A stretch of 64,000 nt of DNA from Bispira polyomma (Eukaryota). This document shows positions 63,147 through 64,000 of the stretch, piece by piece; within the stretch, counting starts at the first letter, position 1; every line of letters begins with the position of its first letter. The position numbers and the translations under genes are program-made. Location: positions 42,532,001-42,596,000 of the forward strand of contig OZ287752.1 in the NCBI GenBank assembly GCA_965649765.1, in the 5' to 3' direction. Under the pieces are notes generated by a model, which saw only the letters and a program-made list of their open reading frames with translations, ran no database searches and had not been told where the DNA came from.

Positions 63147-64000
63147 CAGAGGTAGATCTAGGGGAAGCATTTAAAGGCAGGCAAATCCATTAAATAAATA
63201 ACTGTAAATAACTGTGCCCTCCTTAGTAAGAGACCAGTGAGCACTTGGAAGGAGCAGAGAGAAAAGTGGTCACAACTAAATTAGAATAATAAAAACACGC
63301 CAAACTGATATCAATCCACAAAATACTGGCTTTCTTTTTGAACTCTCTTAGATCTAAGGAAGTTGGGGAACTAGAAGTTCAACTACTGACAATGTCACCT
63401 TTAAACACCAACTGCTGCTCAAATTGAATGAAAATGTGTGAAAACAGTAAAAAGGTTCCACAATTGTCTATGAACCTTAAATAACAAAAAACAAGGAAGA
63501 TCACATTGTGGATAGTGAGGGATTATCTCATGCAAATGACTTGTGGAGTTCAAACAATAATAGTTTTCATGATTTATGTTATCTATACAAGTGTTACATT
63601 CTTAACTACCCCTTGGCGGATAGGGGTAGTTGTATAAGAATAATACAGTTAAATTCTAGATACAGTGAAAATTTGTAAAACAAAGTAGTCACAATACACT
63701 TACAATGGCATGGATATGTTGATTTTAGTTTGGTCAGACTTACCACTGGTCACATAGTATTCAAAACAAACAGATGGATTATAAAAAGGGACGACTTTTT
63801 TTATAGTTATTATACAAACTAAGGGATCAGAAAAGGAGAGTACTGGATTTATACATGTATTGACAGCAGTGTGAACTGTCAGAAAATTGGATATACATCT
63901 TAAACAATGCCATGATTGGGATATTTAGAATAATTATTGATGCGGTCCAAGTAATGTATTGCTGCAAATTAGCATTATTTTTAATGCAAAGTTTAACGAT

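Noticed and set aside
1-64000. Conserved bilaterian miRNAs and hammerhead ribozymes
   Set aside because: A by-eye scan, mainly of the plus strand, found only seed-length matches (e.g. TACCCTGTA at ~49660) and CTGATGA cores without the required stems and GAAA. An Infernal/Rfam search would be decisive.

Overview
AT-rich, repeat-dense eukaryotic (metazoan) DNA. The repeat families (V-SINE-like SINEs, Helentron/HINE-like elements, L2/CR1-group LINEs) suggest a lophotrochozoan, possibly a mollusc; that is inference. I cannot support any intact host protein-coding gene, rRNA, tRNA or CRISPR array. The window is built from two old local duplications. One is a tandem pair of ~5.6-6 kb (4760-10790 and 10990-16640). 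The other is a triplicated block (A 25800-32725, B 33550-35005, C 38660-47465) whose copies gained different insertions, so filled and empty sites can be compared directly. The largest insertion is a decayed ~4.9 kb tyrosine-recombinase retrotransposon (DIRS order, Ngaro-like: gag-zinc finger, RT, RNase H, YR) on the minus strand at ~41616-46523, itself interrupted by a tRNA-derived SINE with a perfect 15-bp TSD. There are also many LINE RT/3'-end relics, Tc1 transposase relics, several MITEs, and minisatellites of 49, 38, 34 and 60 bp. The 60-bp array produces the 702-aa and 150-aa ORFs, which are probably a by-product of the repeat. Some non-repeat blocks look like cis-regulatory DNA (a GLI-site cluster, homeodomain/Pbx-Meis motifs). 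I did not find convincing evidence of a wholly new biological system. Boundaries were aligned by eye and are approximate unless a TSD or TIR is quoted.
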